The notes under the pieces: generated by a model | Database searches by the model: none | Told to the model about the DNA's origin: nothing | Seen by the model: only the letters and a program-made list of their open reading frames with translations | NCBI GenBank assembly: GCA_035297925.1 | Contig: DATGYM010000411.1 | Coordinates: 246 to 64,245 of the forward strand | Length of the DNA stretch: 64,000 nucleotides | Reading direction: 5' to 3' | Source of the DNA: Pyrinomonadaceae bacterium | Lineage (GTDB): Bacteria; Acidobacteriota; Blastocatellia; Pyrinomonadales; Pyrinomonadaceae | Translations under genes and position numbers: made by a program | Shown here: piece after piece, positions 28,257 to 38,330 of the stretch | Position numbering within the stretch: the first letter of the stretch is position 1 | How the letters are laid out: each line of letters starts with the position of its first letter

Positions 28257-30815
28257 CTACCCGGGTTCCTCGCCGCCTTTCTTTCCCTTCTTCTTTTGCG
28301 GCTCAGCCTCGCGCGGCCGCGTAGCGGGTGGCGCCGGAGTCTCTACTTTCGGCGTAACCGTTTCTGTCCGCGACTGCGGGTTCCCCGGAGCTTCCTCAGC
28401 CCGCGGTGGCGGCGGCAGGGTCATTTGCTCCAGCTTTGGTTCAGTAGCGGCCGGCAGGTTCAGATTGTCTTCGTCGCTTTCTTTTGCCGCAGCCTCGTTA
28501 AATTGCGCGCGTTCCGCAGCGAGTTCCCGTTGTCGTTGCCGGAATAGTTCCTTCATGTCTTCGGGCATCGACGGCGCCTTATCAAAGTCTTCCTTGGATT
28601 TCCCCTTAAGAAAATCTTTCATGAAGCTGATGAACATCGGCAGAGCGCCATGGCCGCCCGTCATGTCATTGCCGAGCGGTTTCTTTCTTCCCGGGTAACC
28701 CATCCATACCCCGGTCACGTAGGTTGGCGTGTAGCCAATAAACCAAACATCAGTGTGATCGTTTACCGTTCCTGTTTTGCCGGCAAGGGGTACGCCGAGA
28801 GAACCGGCCGCGGTCGCAGTGCCAAATTGAACGACGCCGCGCATCATTGAAACCATCGTCAACGCCACATATTCGTTGACGACCTTGTAGGTTGTTTTTT
28901 CCCACTCTTCCAGCACTGCACCATCACGATCCAGCACGCGACGAATTAGATGTGGCTCGACACGTATGCCTTTGTTGGGAAAGGCAGAGTACGCCGACAC
29001 CATCTGGTCCAGCGGCACCTCTGTAGCCCCGAGTGCTGACGGCAGGTATGGCGCCATCGGCACCTTGATGCCGAAACGCCTGACCATCTGGGCGCCAGTT
29101 TGTATGCCGACGGTTTGCAGCAAGTGAACGGCGGGGACGTTCATTGATTTTGCGAGCGCCATCTTCAAAGGCAGATCGCCATTGCCCAGCGAGCCGTCAT
29201 AGTTGTGCGGCTGCCAGTTGTTAATCGATATCGGAGCGCCGCTAACCGTTGTGTCTGGAGTCATGCCCCACTCGACGGCTGCGGTGTAGATGAATGGTTT
29301 GAAGCACGAACCGGTTTGCCGGTAGGCCTGGGTCGCATTGTTGAACTTGCTGGCGCTGTAAAAATCGTAGCCGCCAATCATGGTAACGATTTCGCCGTTT
29401 TTTGCGTTCAGTGTCATCATCGCGCCCGCCACGGCCGGGACCTGCGACAGTTCCACTTTCAAACGGCGACTCTTCTTATCTACTTCCTTGATTTCAAATT
29501 CCGAGAGGTAACCGGCTTTCAACTCATCTTTTGGCTGACGCTTTGACCAGCCCATATCCGCAGCACCAATGGTGGCTGTGTAGTTGCCAAAGCGAATCGT
29601 CGCTTCGTTTTTTGCGCGATCCACTTTCATTATCAGGCCGGACAGAAAGCGGCCCTCCTGATAATCGTTTCCATACCAGTCAGGATCTTTATAGTTGTTC
29701 AGCTCCTGCGTCGTTGGTGGTCCCTGGCCGTTGTTGGCAGCCGTGGGAATCATCTTGTAGCTTGAACGCCAGCCGGCGTGCGTCTTGTCGTAATTCCGCA
29801 ATCCGGCGCGCAACACTTCGTAGGCTTTTTTCTGTGCGTCCACATTTATTGTGGTGTAGACGGAAAGACCACCCTGGGCCACGCGCGTCGTATATTTATC
29901 CTCGAGTTCTTGCCTGACGGTTTCGACCGCGTAGTCGAACGCGCTTGATTTCGGCTGCGATTGATAGTAGGCAGTGTCGGCAAGTTGGATCGGTTTTGCT
30001 TTGGCGGCATCGACTTCCGCCTGAGTTGCGAAGCCATTCTTCGCCATCAAGTCGAGCACCAGATCGCGCCGCTCTTTGGCGCGGACGGGATTAGCTGTTG
30101 GTGAATACTCGCTTGGGGCTTTGGGTACGCCCGCGAGTAAAGCAGCTTCGCCGATGGTGAGATCCTTCGCTTGTTTTCCGAAATAGGTTTCCGCGCCGGC
30201 TTCAACGCCGTAGGCATTAGCGCCAAGAAAGATATGGTTCGCGTAAAGCTCCATGATCTGGTTCTTGGTGTAATAGCGTTCGATCTGCAGCGCCAGGGCC
30301 CACTCGTTCATCTTGCGTTTAAGCGTCTGCTCTTTCGACAGGAACAGGTTCTTGGCTAGCTGTTGAGTAAGCGTGGAGCCGCCCTCAACTTTGTCGCTGG
30401 TAAGGTTTTTCCAAGCCGCGCCGATGATGCGAATCGGATCAATGCCGACGTGATCATAAAAGCGCGCATCCTCGACTGCGAGGATTGCATTCTTCATTAC
30501 TGGTGGAATCTCGTCGTACTTGAGCGGAATTCGTTTCTCGAGTGCAAACTCCCCAATTACAGTTTCGCCGTCGTCGGCATAAACGCGAGTGACTACGCTT
30601 GGCCGGTAAGTAGCAAGGGCCGCAACTTCGTTTGCAGCGCGCGAATAATTCAGCTCATAGGCAGCGATGATGCCGGTCAGTCCCCCGGCCGCAAGTGCCA
30701 AAAAAAGCACCGCTGGAAACCAGAGCCGGCGCAGCATATGGCGACGCTGTTCCGGAGGTGCGGTGACGATTGCTTTGGGAGAATATGATTTCAACCCGGG
30801 TGGTTTTGCAGCCAT
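28257..30815 (-). CDS. mrcA: Penicillin-binding protein 1A (bifunctional glycosyltransferase/transpeptidase)
   Basis: GT51 motifs AILAVEDARFYDHVGID, GGSTLTQQLAKN and RKMNEWALALQIE. Transpeptidase motifs SCFKP, SLN and KTGT. TM anchor LWFPAVLFLALAAGGL. ATG 30815 is used because the ORF-track start 31157 runs into the tmRNA gene. Confidence 0.92.
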   Translation of the reverse strand: MAAKPPGLKSYSPKAIVTAPPEQRRHMLRRLWFPAVLFLALAAGGLTGIIAAYELNYSRAANEVAALATYRPSVVTRVYADDGETVIGEFALEKRIPLKYDEIPPVMKNAILAVEDARFYDHVGIDPIRIIGAAWKNLTSDKVEGGSTLTQQLAKNLFLSKEQTLKRKMNEWALALQIERYYTKNQIMELYANHIFLGANAYGVEAGAETYFGKQAKDLTIGEAALLAGVPKAPSEYSPTANPVRAKERRDLVLDLMAKNGFATQAEVDAAKAKPIQLADTAYYQSQPKSSAFDYAVETVRQELEDKYTTRVAQGGLSVYTTINVDAQKKAYEVLRAGLRNYDKTHAGWRSSYKMIPTAANNGQGPPTTQELNNYKDPDWYGNDYQEGRFLSGLIMKVDRAKNEATIRFGNYTATIGAADMGWSKRQPKDELKAGYLSEFEIKEVDKKSRRLKVELSQVPAVAGAMMTLNAKNGEIVTMIGGYDFYSASKFNNATQAYRQTGSCFKPFIYTAAVEWGMTPDTTVSGAPISINNWQPHNYDGSLGNGDLPLKMALAKSMNVPAVHLLQTVGIQTGAQMVRRFGIKVPMAPYLPSALGATEVPLDQMVSAYSAFPNKGIRVEPHLIRRVLDRDGAVLEEWEKTTYKVVNEYVALTMVSMMRGVVQFGTATAAGSLGVPLAGKTGTVNDHTDVWFIGYTPTYVTGVWMGYPGRKKPLGNDMTGGHGALPMFISFMKDFLKGKSKEDFDKAPSMPEDMKELFRQRQRELAAERAQFNEAAAKESDEDNLNLPAATEPKLEQMTLPPPPRAEEAPGNPQSRTETVTPKVETPAPPATRPREAEPQKKKGKKGGEEPG

Positions 30816-31091
30816 AAATTTCGCCCTCTCTAAACAAGGTTGCTTAAGCCTGCTGCAAATGGACAACGTGGCTAGCCACAGTTCGCTCATTCCGGAAGCT
30901 GCAACGCCGGGATTATAACGCAGGAGGGTATTGAAACTCGATTGAGCAACTCTCGAAGGCAAAGTCCGACGTGGCCTCCCGTGGAAGGCTTTCCGATAAT
31001 TACGAACGGCAAAGTAAACCGAATTCGCTGAGCAACCGGGGTGGACATTTTCAACGAGATTGCCCCTTTTCCCATTCTGTTCATAAGGCCC

Positions 31092-31097
31092 TATAAT
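31092..31097 (+). promoter_or_regulatory. Candidate -10 box TATAAT upstream of ssrA
   Basis: A perfect TATAAT ends 13 nt before the mature tmRNA 5' end. No convincing -35 was identified. Confidence 0.4.
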
Positions 31098-31110
31098 GCT
31101 TCTTGCAAAC

Positions 31111-31497
31111 GGGGGCGACAGGCTTCGACAGGGGTTTGGACGACCGACGGATGTCATGCCGGGCTACTCTATGCAGCTCGTTAAAACGCGTAGGGAAAAA
31201 ACAATTGCCAATAACAATGAATTGGCTCTAGCTGCCTAATTAAGCGCTAGCGTCTCACCGCAAGTTGCTTATGCGCGCGGAGGGAGATGTCACGCAGATA
31301 AGCTGGCGCGAACTTTCGGTCCGTAGGTTCGCGTGAGATAAAGTCGGGCTAGCTTTCACCGCGGTCTTGTTACTTCACTTACTCGGTGTATAGCGAAAAG
31401 CCGGTCGCTTGACGGTCGGGAAAGAGAAGTGAATAAGCATGTAGAGTCTTTCGGCGGCTTCTTCTGGATCCGAGTTCAATTCTCGGCGCCTCCACCA
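31111..31497 (+). ncRNA. ssrA: tmRNA (transfer-messenger RNA)
   Basis: The 5' GGGGGCGACAGGCTTCGACAGGGG pairs with the 3' ...GGATCCGAGTTCAATTCTCGGCGCCTCCACCA. That gives a tRNA-Ala-like acceptor with a G3:U pair, a T-arm and CCA. The tag ORF GCC AAT AAC AAT GAA TTG GCT CTA GCT GCC TAA (31207-31239) encodes ANNNELALAA. Confidence 0.95.
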
Positions 31498-31503
31498 TTC
31501 TTT

Positions 31504-31618
31504 GAATTTCGGATTGCGGATTTCGAAATGCGGACTTGAAAACCGCGGCAGTTGAAATCTAATAGAACGTGACCAAGACTCGTGAAATCCGCAATCCGAA
31601 ATCCGCAATCCGAAATTC
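31504..31618. repeat. 21-bp perfect inverted repeat (31504-31524 / 31598-31618); the right arm is part of a 14-nt tandem repeat
   Basis: GAATTTCGGATTGCGGATTTC versus GAAATCCGCAATCCGAAATTC. GAAATCCGCAATCC occurs twice in tandem (31584, 31598). The murI GTG (31582) abuts the repeat. Confidence 0.85.
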
Positions 31619-32466
31619 TTAAGCTTCCCATTGGAATATTCGATAGCGGCGTGGGTGGACTAACTGTCTATCGTGCACTGCATGAGCGTCTGCCGAATGA
31701 ACACTTCGTTTATCTGGGCGACACCGCGCGCGTGCCTTATGGCACTAAGTCGCTCGCCACGGTTGAGCGTTACGCGATTGAAAACTCAAAATTCCTGGAG
31801 TCTCGTGGTATCAAACTGCTGGTTGTAGCCTGCAATACGGCATCGGCCCTGGCACTGCCGGCAATCCGCGCAGCCGTGGGCGTCAAGGTCGTTGGGGTGA
31901 TCGGGCCCGGCGCTCGCGAAGCAGCAAGAATTGCCGCCGGCAGGAAGGTTGCGGTGGTCGCCACGGAAGCGACCGTGCAGAGCGGTGCTTATGCCCGCGC
32001 CATCGCGATTGTCGATCCATCTATCGAGGTAATCGAGCGCGCGTGTCCGTTGTTTGTTCCGCTGGCTGAGGAAGGCTGGGCCGAGAGCGATGTTGCCCGG
32101 GCGGTTGCAAAACAGTATTTGGATGATTTAAGAAGCGCGAATCTCGGCGCGTTGGTGCTTGGTTGCACACATTATCCTATTCTTAAAAATCTCATTAGTG
32201 AGGCGGTCGGGACGGAAGTTCCATTGATAGACTCGGGAGCGGCGGCTGCAGCCGAAGTGCAGCGGTTGTTGGAATCGAATGAGCTTTCAGCGGCAGCTCC
32301 GGCCCAGGCTAATCGCGAGCGCGAACTATGCGACGATCTTGATCATTTTTATGTAACGGATGCGGCGGAACGCTTTGCAAAAGTTGCAGAGCGATTCCTT
32401 GGTACCGCACCCAGGGTGCTTGAGGCAGTCGAAGTTTGGGGACATGATGAGCTTAGAACGAACTGA
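31582..32466 (+). CDS. murI: Glutamate racemase
   Basis: [22 protein letters not shown] and [12 protein letters not shown] 31582 is the only canonical start after the in-frame TGA four codons upstream. Confidence 0.9.
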   Translation: MKSAIRNPQSEILKLPIGIFDSGVGGLTVYRALHERLPNEHFVYLGDTARVPYGTKSLATVERYAIENSKFLESRGIKLLVVACNTASALALPAIRAAVGVKVVGVIGPGAREAARIAAGRKVAVVATEATVQSGAYARAIAIVDPSIEVIERACPLFVPLAEEGWAESDVARAVAKQYLDDLRSANLGALVLGCTHYPILKNLISEAVGTEVPLIDSGAAAAAEVQRLLESNELSAAAPAQANRERELCDDLDHFYVTDAAERFAKVAERFLGTAPRVLEAVEVWGHDELRTN

Positions 32467-33199
32467 CGGGCGCGCCTTCAACGAGCTGCGTCCGGTTAAA
32501 ATAACTGCCGGCTACCTTCCCTATGCTGAAGGTTCGGTTCTCATTGAAATGGGCCAGACACGAATTGTGTGTGCCGCATCAATCGAGGATCGCGTGCCGC
32601 CTTTTCTTCGCAATACCGGCCAGGGCTGGATCACTGCTGAGTACAGCATGTTGCCGCGGGCCACTCAGCAAAGAACTCCCAGAGAAGCGCGACGCGGTGG
32701 ACCATCAGGACGGACTCACGAAATTCAACGTTTGATTGGCAGGAGTTTGCGGGCCGCTGCGGACATGCGCCAGCTCGGCGAGCGCACCATAACACTCGAC
32801 TGCGACGTTCTTCAGGCTGACGGTGGCACGCGTACGGCTGCGATTACCGGAGCCTACGTTGCTTTTGCTCTCGCCGTTGCCGGCTTGCTCAAATCGGGCA
32901 AGCTCCAGCGAAACGTAATCACCAATGAGGTGGCAGCGATTAGCGTGGGAATTCTCGGGAATACGCCTCTGCTCGATTTGAAGTACGACGAGGATTGTCG
33001 CGCTGAAGTCGACATGAATGTAGTTTGCACCGGTGACGGGCGGTTCATAGAATTGCAGGGCACGGCAGAACGCGAGCCGTTTTCGCGCGAACAGATGGAG
33101 AGTTTGCTGGCGCTGGCAACACAGGGTATTCAGTCATTGGTGGCAATTCAAAGAGAAGCGCTGGGGAAAGCAGCCTCGGCTGTCTCAGGCGACAGTTGA
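32444..33199 (+). CDS. rph: Ribonuclease PH
   Basis: [36 protein letters not shown]...[14 protein letters not shown]...[15 protein letters not shown]...[22 protein letters not shown] 32444 overlaps the murI 3' end by 23 nt. Confidence 0.93.
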   Translation: MMSLERTDGRAFNELRPVKITAGYLPYAEGSVLIEMGQTRIVCAASIEDRVPPFLRNTGQGWITAEYSMLPRATQQRTPREARRGGPSGRTHEIQRLIGRSLRAAADMRQLGERTITLDCDVLQADGGTRTAAITGAYVAFALAVAGLLKSGKLQRNVITNEVAAISVGILGNTPLLDLKYDEDCRAEVDMNVVCTGDGRFIELQGTAEREPFSREQMESLLALATQGIQSLVAIQREALGKAASAVSGDS

Positions 33200-33337
33200 C
33201 CTTGATTATCATGAGACAACGGCGGTCACATGACATCGCATCGAATTCTGGTAAAATGATGTTCCCAAGAGCTTTCGGACACGCCAATTAAGACTCGACA
33301 AGAAACGGTTCCACATGCAGGGAGTTGAATTACTACG

Positions 33338-33841
33338 ATGAAGCTACTGTTAGCCGGGTTTGCATTGTTTCTGGTCTTCGGAAGCTGCGTCATAGCTTTT
33401 GCCCAGGACGTTTTTGATGGCGGGGATTACGCGATTGAGCTTCCATCACCCGTTTGGAAAGTCATTACTGAGCCTGACGCCGCACATGAACACGCGGAAT
33501 TTGTTAATGGCGATCGCCTTGATGGGTATTTGAAGATTCGCAAGGAAGTGGTAGACGCCGGCACTGGCCCATCGGATCTTGCGCGTCGCGATCTGGAGCA
33601 AAAGCTGAGATACCTTCCCGGGTTCATCGAGGGCAAGGAAGAGAAGTTTTCGGGTCGCTTGAGCGGAGTGACTGTTTCTTACGAGTTCATCAGCACGGCG
33701 AAACCGATGATGGGCAGGATCTATTATCTGCAAGCCGATAACCGCACCATCTATGCTTTGCGGTTCACGGGCTTGCGTGACAAGCTGGCGCGCATCCGCA
33801 ATCAGACAGACTTGATCGCTCGCAGTTTTAAACTTAAATAG
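33338..33841 (+). CDS. Hypothetical secreted protein
   Basis: Signal peptide MKLLLAGFALFLVFGSCVIAFAQ; 167 aa. No motif recognised. Confidence 0.6.
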   Translation: MKLLLAGFALFLVFGSCVIAFAQDVFDGGDYAIELPSPVWKVITEPDAAHEHAEFVNGDRLDGYLKIRKEVVDAGTGPSDLARRDLEQKLRYLPGFIEGKEEKFSGRLSGVTVSYEFISTAKPMMGRIYYLQADNRTIYALRFTGLRDKLARIRNQTDLIARSFKLK

Positions 33842-33960
33842 TCCACTGCCAGATTACTAAATTGGCCGTCAACGCTTCTCAGGCGTCGGCGGCCAAATTT
33901 GTTAGGGAAGTAGAAATTGACGTCACTTGCAGACTACGTGTTTGCGTTACAATCAGACGC

Positions 33961-34377
33961 ATGAGACTGAATCTAGCCCCTGGATTAACAATCAAGGAAA
34001 GTCCAATCGAGGGTAGAGGTTGTTTTTCAATCGCACATTTTGGAGCGCGGCGAAAAATAGCGGAGTATACGGGCGAGAAAATATCAAATGTGGAGGCTAA
34101 TCGCCGGGCCAACAGGCGCCGATTGCGCATCTGCGCAATCGATGAGCGCTGGAGTTTGGACGGTAGCCGTGGCGGCAACGGCACGCATTACATCAACCAT
34201 TCGTGCGAGCCCAACGCCTACATGAAAATTCTTCATGGGCACATACTTTTTGTCGCGCTTCGCGATATCGAACCGGGTGAAGAGATAACCATCGACTACG
34301 AATCGACGCTTCACTCAGACAAAAAGAGGTGCGTTTGTGGCGCACCCTCCTGCCGCGGAACGATTAATAAAAGGTAA
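33961..34377 (+). CDS. SET-domain protein (putative protein-lysine methyltransferase)
   Basis: IEGRGCF..., YINHSCEPNAY, GEEITIDY and a post-SET Cys cluster CVCGAPSCRG. ATG 33961 is preferred over ORF-track 33862. Confidence 0.85.
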   Translation: MRLNLAPGLTIKESPIEGRGCFSIAHFGARRKIAEYTGEKISNVEANRRANRRRLRICAIDERWSLDGSRGGNGTHYINHSCEPNAYMKILHGHILFVALRDIEPGEEITIDYESTLHSDKKRCVCGAPSCRGTINKR

Positions 34378-34462
34378 AAAAGGAAAGAGGGTAAAGGGGA
34401 AAAGGTTAGGGGGAACCGATAAGCGAGAACTCTCGTCTGACCCTGATTCCCGCCCCCTTTTC

Positions 34463-36502
34463 TTACAGCCGCGGCAAAGTAAAGCTGAATTTCGATCCGC
34501 GTCCCACTTCTGAATCGAGATTGACGGTGCCGCCATGTTGTTCGACCACCTCTCGAACGAACGATAACCCGAGCCCTGTTGACTCTTCATCCTTCTCTTG
34601 TCCTTCGCGAACTACCCGATAGAACTTTTCCCAAACTCGATCGCGCGCCTCGGCAGGAATACCGTAACCGCGATCCTCCACCGATAATCTGACCGCCTCA
34701 GCTTCCAGCGCCGTCGACACCGTTACCGTCGTTCGCTCGGGACTATACTTGATGGCATTGCTAACCAGGTTCTTTACGGCCTGCGTGATCATGCTCTTAT
34801 CTGCCGCAACCGGAGGAAGCCTTTGCGTCGGCTGTTCGATCAATCGAATCCGCCGCTTTCTGGCGTCCTTCTGCAAACTGGCTATCGTTTCCTTAACCAC
34901 CTCGTCAAGTCGGAGAGGAATCTTCAAGACTTCCTGCCGATCCGTTCTCTGCAGTTTGGTGACCGCGAGAAACGTATTGATCATTCGCGAAAGTCGCTGA
35001 GATTCATTCGCAATAATCGTAACGAATTCCTTTGCCTGTTCGGAAAGATCTTCGTCCGCAGTCAGCAATTCAGCAAAGCCATTAATGCTGGTGAGGGGCG
35101 TGCGCAGCTCGTGCGACATCAACGAAATCATGTCGCTCTTGAGCTCCTCATACTCTTTCAGCAGCGTAAGGTCCTTCACGATCAGCGCCAAACAGAGAGG
35201 CTGCCCAGGGGTGGAACGCTGATGGGGCGAGCCCTTTTCAGTTAGGTCCGAATTTTCCATGACCAGCGAGATACGTAGCCCGTAAGTTGCATTCCGGTTG
35301 GCAAAATGTAATTCCCGTTCATAGGCTTCGCCCGTCTGTAAAACTCTTCGGACGGCAATTGCCGGTTCATCAAAGACGTCAGTACGCAACCGGTTAAGGA
35401 GATCGAAAAACGTCATGCTTCCCGTCTGCTCGTTTTCGATCCCTGCCAATGTGGCAAGCGTCGTGTTTACAAAAGCAATTCTGCCATCCAGGTAACCGAG
35501 GGCAACGCCATCGCCAACTTCTGAGAGTGCGTTGACGCCGACGCTCTGTTCCAGAAAAGCCCCACTGAGAACGTAAAGTGACTCAAGCCGCTGGTCGTTC
35601 GCCGTTGCCGATAAGAAAGGCAGGACGCGCCGTTGCTGCCTGGCCTTGTGAGCTTCCTCGCGCTGTAAATTCCGGGCCATCTGTCCCCCGACCGCGGACA
35701 GCAACGCGCGGTCGCCCTCGTCCCACTCACGCGTGACTCGAATCAAGAGCGCACCGACTGTGCGATCTCCATGTCGAAGCGGCATTGCAATGTTTGCGCA
35801 GGGTGCATCGGTCAAGCCTTTGTCGACAATGATTTCACCTGCTGTTATCGCGCGCTCGCACAGGTTAACGCCTCCGCGCCAAACAGAGTGGCGACTGGTG
35901 TCGTTGAATCCGTTTTGCGCCGCGCGAAGACGAGCCGAGGAAACTAACTCGCCCTCGCTGTCTCGACGAAATACCACTATCTCGCCGGGGGAAAGAACTG
36001 TATCCAATAATTGCAGTCCGCTCAGCAAGCGGTTCTCAGCTCCCTCATCAAAGCCAGGCTCAAAGGTCGCTGAAGCCGCGCTCAGCTTTTCCGTCAGTTC
36101 AATGTCGCGGCCGCGCAAGCGATTGATTTGCGTGATTAAGGCCGAGATGGATGCAGCCAGAGTTATGGGAGCGAATAGCACGTCATAAGAGAAAAGCCAG
36201 TTCGCAAAAGCACTGACTGCGGCAAGGACCAGAAAACCAGCACCGACATAGACAAAAGTGCGGCGTCCGCCAAGTCGGCCGATGCTTATCGCTACTAATA
36301 GCGAGGGCGCGTAGATAAGAGCAGCACCCGGCCAGAAGCCTGGAGTTGCTAGCGGAGTGTTTTGGTGATTGGAAAAGAGGATAAACGCACGCCGAGGTCC
36401 GTTAAGAAATCCAGCCGACCAAATAGCAAGGCTCAGCGAACCGCCAACTGCTGCGAAGGCGAAGTAACGCAACCACAATTTTGGGGACGCCGAATGTGCC
36501 AA
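34463..36502 (-). CDS. Multidomain sensor histidine kinase (N-terminal TM region, GAF, PAS, HisKA, HATPase_c)
   Basis: About 5 hydrophobic helices in the first ~130 aa. H-box MSHELRTPLTSINGFAELL, N-box LVSNAIKYSP, G-box DRGYGI...GLGLSFV. Confidence 0.88.
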   Translation of the reverse strand: MAHSASPKLWLRYFAFAAVGGSLSLAIWSAGFLNGPRRAFILFSNHQNTPLATPGFWPGAALIYAPSLLVAISIGRLGGRRTFVYVGAGFLVLAAVSAFANWLFSYDVLFAPITLAASISALITQINRLRGRDIELTEKLSAASATFEPGFDEGAENRLLSGLQLLDTVLSPGEIVVFRRDSEGELVSSARLRAAQNGFNDTSRHSVWRGGVNLCERAITAGEIIVDKGLTDAPCANIAMPLRHGDRTVGALLIRVTREWDEGDRALLSAVGGQMARNLQREEAHKARQQRRVLPFLSATANDQRLESLYVLSGAFLEQSVGVNALSEVGDGVALGYLDGRIAFVNTTLATLAGIENEQTGSMTFFDLLNRLRTDVFDEPAIAVRRVLQTGEAYERELHFANRNATYGLRISLVMENSDLTEKGSPHQRSTPGQPLCLALIVKDLTLLKEYEELKSDMISLMSHELRTPLTSINGFAELLTADEDLSEQAKEFVTIIANESQRLSRMINTFLAVTKLQRTDRQEVLKIPLRLDEVVKETIASLQKDARKRRIRLIEQPTQRLPPVAADKSMITQAVKNLVSNAIKYSPERTTVTVSTALEAEAVRLSVEDRGYGIPAEARDRVWEKFYRVVREGQEKDEESTGLGLSFVREVVEQHGGTVNLDSEVGRGSKFSFTLPRL

Positions 36503-36643
36503 AGCTGAAAGGTATTGAAGTGCCTGAACTGGGCTGGAGCAAAGTGCTTTTGCAGGGATTGCAAAAGCGATGAGAATTATACACTGCTGCGATTAGGATA
36601 CTCTACGGAAACCTTAAGATCGTAAGTGATTCGCCCGAAAACT

Positions 36644-38053
36644 TTAGCTGTTCAGCGCCTGCAAAGCCTTTAGCAACGCTGCTTCTTCGCCGACGTCCAC
36701 TGTTCTCAGATCCAGCAAAACCAGGCCGTCGGCGATACGGCTGATTACGGGCGGTGACCACATTCTGAGCTTTCGTTCGATTTCATCGGCCTTCAGATTC
36801 GCGTGCTTTAGCGTGATCAGCGTGGTCAAGGGGTGCACGTTGGGTCCGGAGCCCCCGCCGACAGCTGATTGGCCCTTGACGATGTCGACCATCAGGTCAT
36901 TGTTGGAGCCGGTCAATTGGGCGACCAGTTGTCGCGCCTTCTGTTCTATTTTCTCGGCCGGCAAGGCCAGCATCCGCAGAGCAGGTATCTCTTCGAAGGC
37001 GCCGCGCCGATGGGCCTCGAGTGTAACCTCGAGCGCTGCCAGACATAATTTATCGACCCGCAGAGCGCGGTAAAGGGAGTGTCTTCGCAGGCGGTCGATA
37101 ACCTCGCGCCGTCCCACCAGCAACCCGGCTTGAGTGGCGCCCAACAATTTGTCTCCGCTAAACGAAACGACATCAGCGCCGGCCGCAATGCAATCCTTTA
37201 TTATAGGTTCATCGCTAATGCCATAGGCCGATAGATCCTCCAGTACTCCAGAACCGGCATCTTCGTATAAAGGCAGGCCCGACTGGTGGGCCAGTGATGC
37301 GAGTTCGAACAATTCCGGTGAATGTGTAAATCCGACAATCCGAAAGTTTGAAGGATGAACACGCATAATCAACCGCGTCTTCTCATTGAGTGCGTGCTTG
37401 TAATCGTCCAGGTGGGTGCGATTGGTTGCACCGACCTCGACCATGCGCGTGCCGGAGTTGGCCATCACTTCCGGCACGCGAAAATCTCCGCCAATTTCCA
37501 CCAACTCTCCGCGCGAAACAATTGTTTCTCCCGAGCCGGCCAGCACTGCCAGAACCAGCAGCGCTGCGGACGCACAGTTGTTTACAACCAGCGCCGCCTC
37601 AGCGCCCGTAAGTTGAGTTAAGAGTTCCTCTACACGAGCACCGCGCTTGCCGCGCGCCCCTATCGCTGCATCGTATTCAACCGTGCAGTATCCGGAAGCT
37701 TGCTCTGCGATGGCTGTGCGAGCAGCTTCTGATAATGGCGCCCGGCCAAGATTAGTGTGCAGGATTACGCCCGTCGCATTGATTACGCGGCGCAGAGCGG
37801 AAAGTGACTCGCGTTCACAGAGATTCTGAATTCTTTTCACCGCCTGGTGAAGCAGGACATCCCTGCTATCGTCCGACCGTTCCGCTGATTGAATTTCCTT
37901 TCGCATGGCATCGGTTACGTCGCGGGCAATCGCCGTAAGACGGGTTACGCCTACTGCCGTTCGTAGCCGAGCGAGTGCCTCCGTGCGCAAAAGCAAATCG
38001 ACAGAAGGAAGCGCCCGCAGTACCGAGTCTTTGGAGGGAGCCTGATTAGACAT
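36644..38053 (-). CDS. selA: L-seryl-tRNA(Sec) selenium transferase
   Basis: VINATGVILHTNLGRAPL and the PLP-lysine region VSFSGDKLLGATQAGLLVGR. The 469-aa length is typical of SelA. Confidence 0.9.
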   Translation of the reverse strand: MSNQAPSKDSVLRALPSVDLLLRTEALARLRTAVGVTRLTAIARDVTDAMRKEIQSAERSDDSRDVLLHQAVKRIQNLCERESLSALRRVINATGVILHTNLGRAPLSEAARTAIAEQASGYCTVEYDAAIGARGKRGARVEELLTQLTGAEAALVVNNCASAALLVLAVLAGSGETIVSRGELVEIGGDFRVPEVMANSGTRMVEVGATNRTHLDDYKHALNEKTRLIMRVHPSNFRIVGFTHSPELFELASLAHQSGLPLYEDAGSGVLEDLSAYGISDEPIIKDCIAAGADVVSFSGDKLLGATQAGLLVGRREVIDRLRRHSLYRALRVDKLCLAALEVTLEAHRRGAFEEIPALRMLALPAEKIEQKARQLVAQLTGSNNDLMVDIVKGQSAVGGGSGPNVHPLTTLITLKHANLKADEIERKLRMWSPPVISRIADGLVLLDLRTVDVGEEAALLKALQALNS

Positions 38054-38330
38054 CGCTTGTAAGAAGGTTTTGGTTGCAGCCGTAGAATAGCCGCTGATTG
38101 TAAATGGAGCAAACCATCATTACGCGAAACCATGATTCGAATAGTGCGCTATGAACATCTCACCCGGACCGGGGCGAAGCTGGTAACACGATTCCTGTTG
38201 CAGGTTCAAAATCATGTTTGCGTTTAATCGTTGACACCGCCGTTTTGAAAACCCTAAACTCAGTTTAGCAGCGTCCGGTTACTCGAGCGACGCTCCCGCC
38301 AGTCTTTCCCGCCTGCAAGGAGATTAGCCA

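Noticed and set aside
28173-28547. 124-aa plus-strand ORF beginning in the purine-rich palindrome
   Set aside because: It starts inside the terminator-like hairpin and then runs antisense to the PBP1A 3' end.
30816-31157. ORF-track extension of the PBP1A gene to an ATG at 31157
   Set aside because: The extension has no PBP-like sequence and runs into the tmRNA gene (31111-31497). ATG 30815 directly precedes the cytoplasmic tail and TM anchor expected for PBP1A.
31375-31608. 77-aa minus-strand ORF
   Set aside because: It lies antisense across the tmRNA 3' half and the inverted repeat; both are explained as RNA and repeat sequence.
31584-31617. A CRISPR-like array as the explanation for the short tandem repeat
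   Set aside because: There are only two 14-nt units with no spacers, and no cas genes in the window.
38054-38330. tRNA-Sec (selC) next to selA
   Set aside because: I could not fold a long-acceptor, long-variable-arm tRNA with a TCA anticodon from either strand of this interval.
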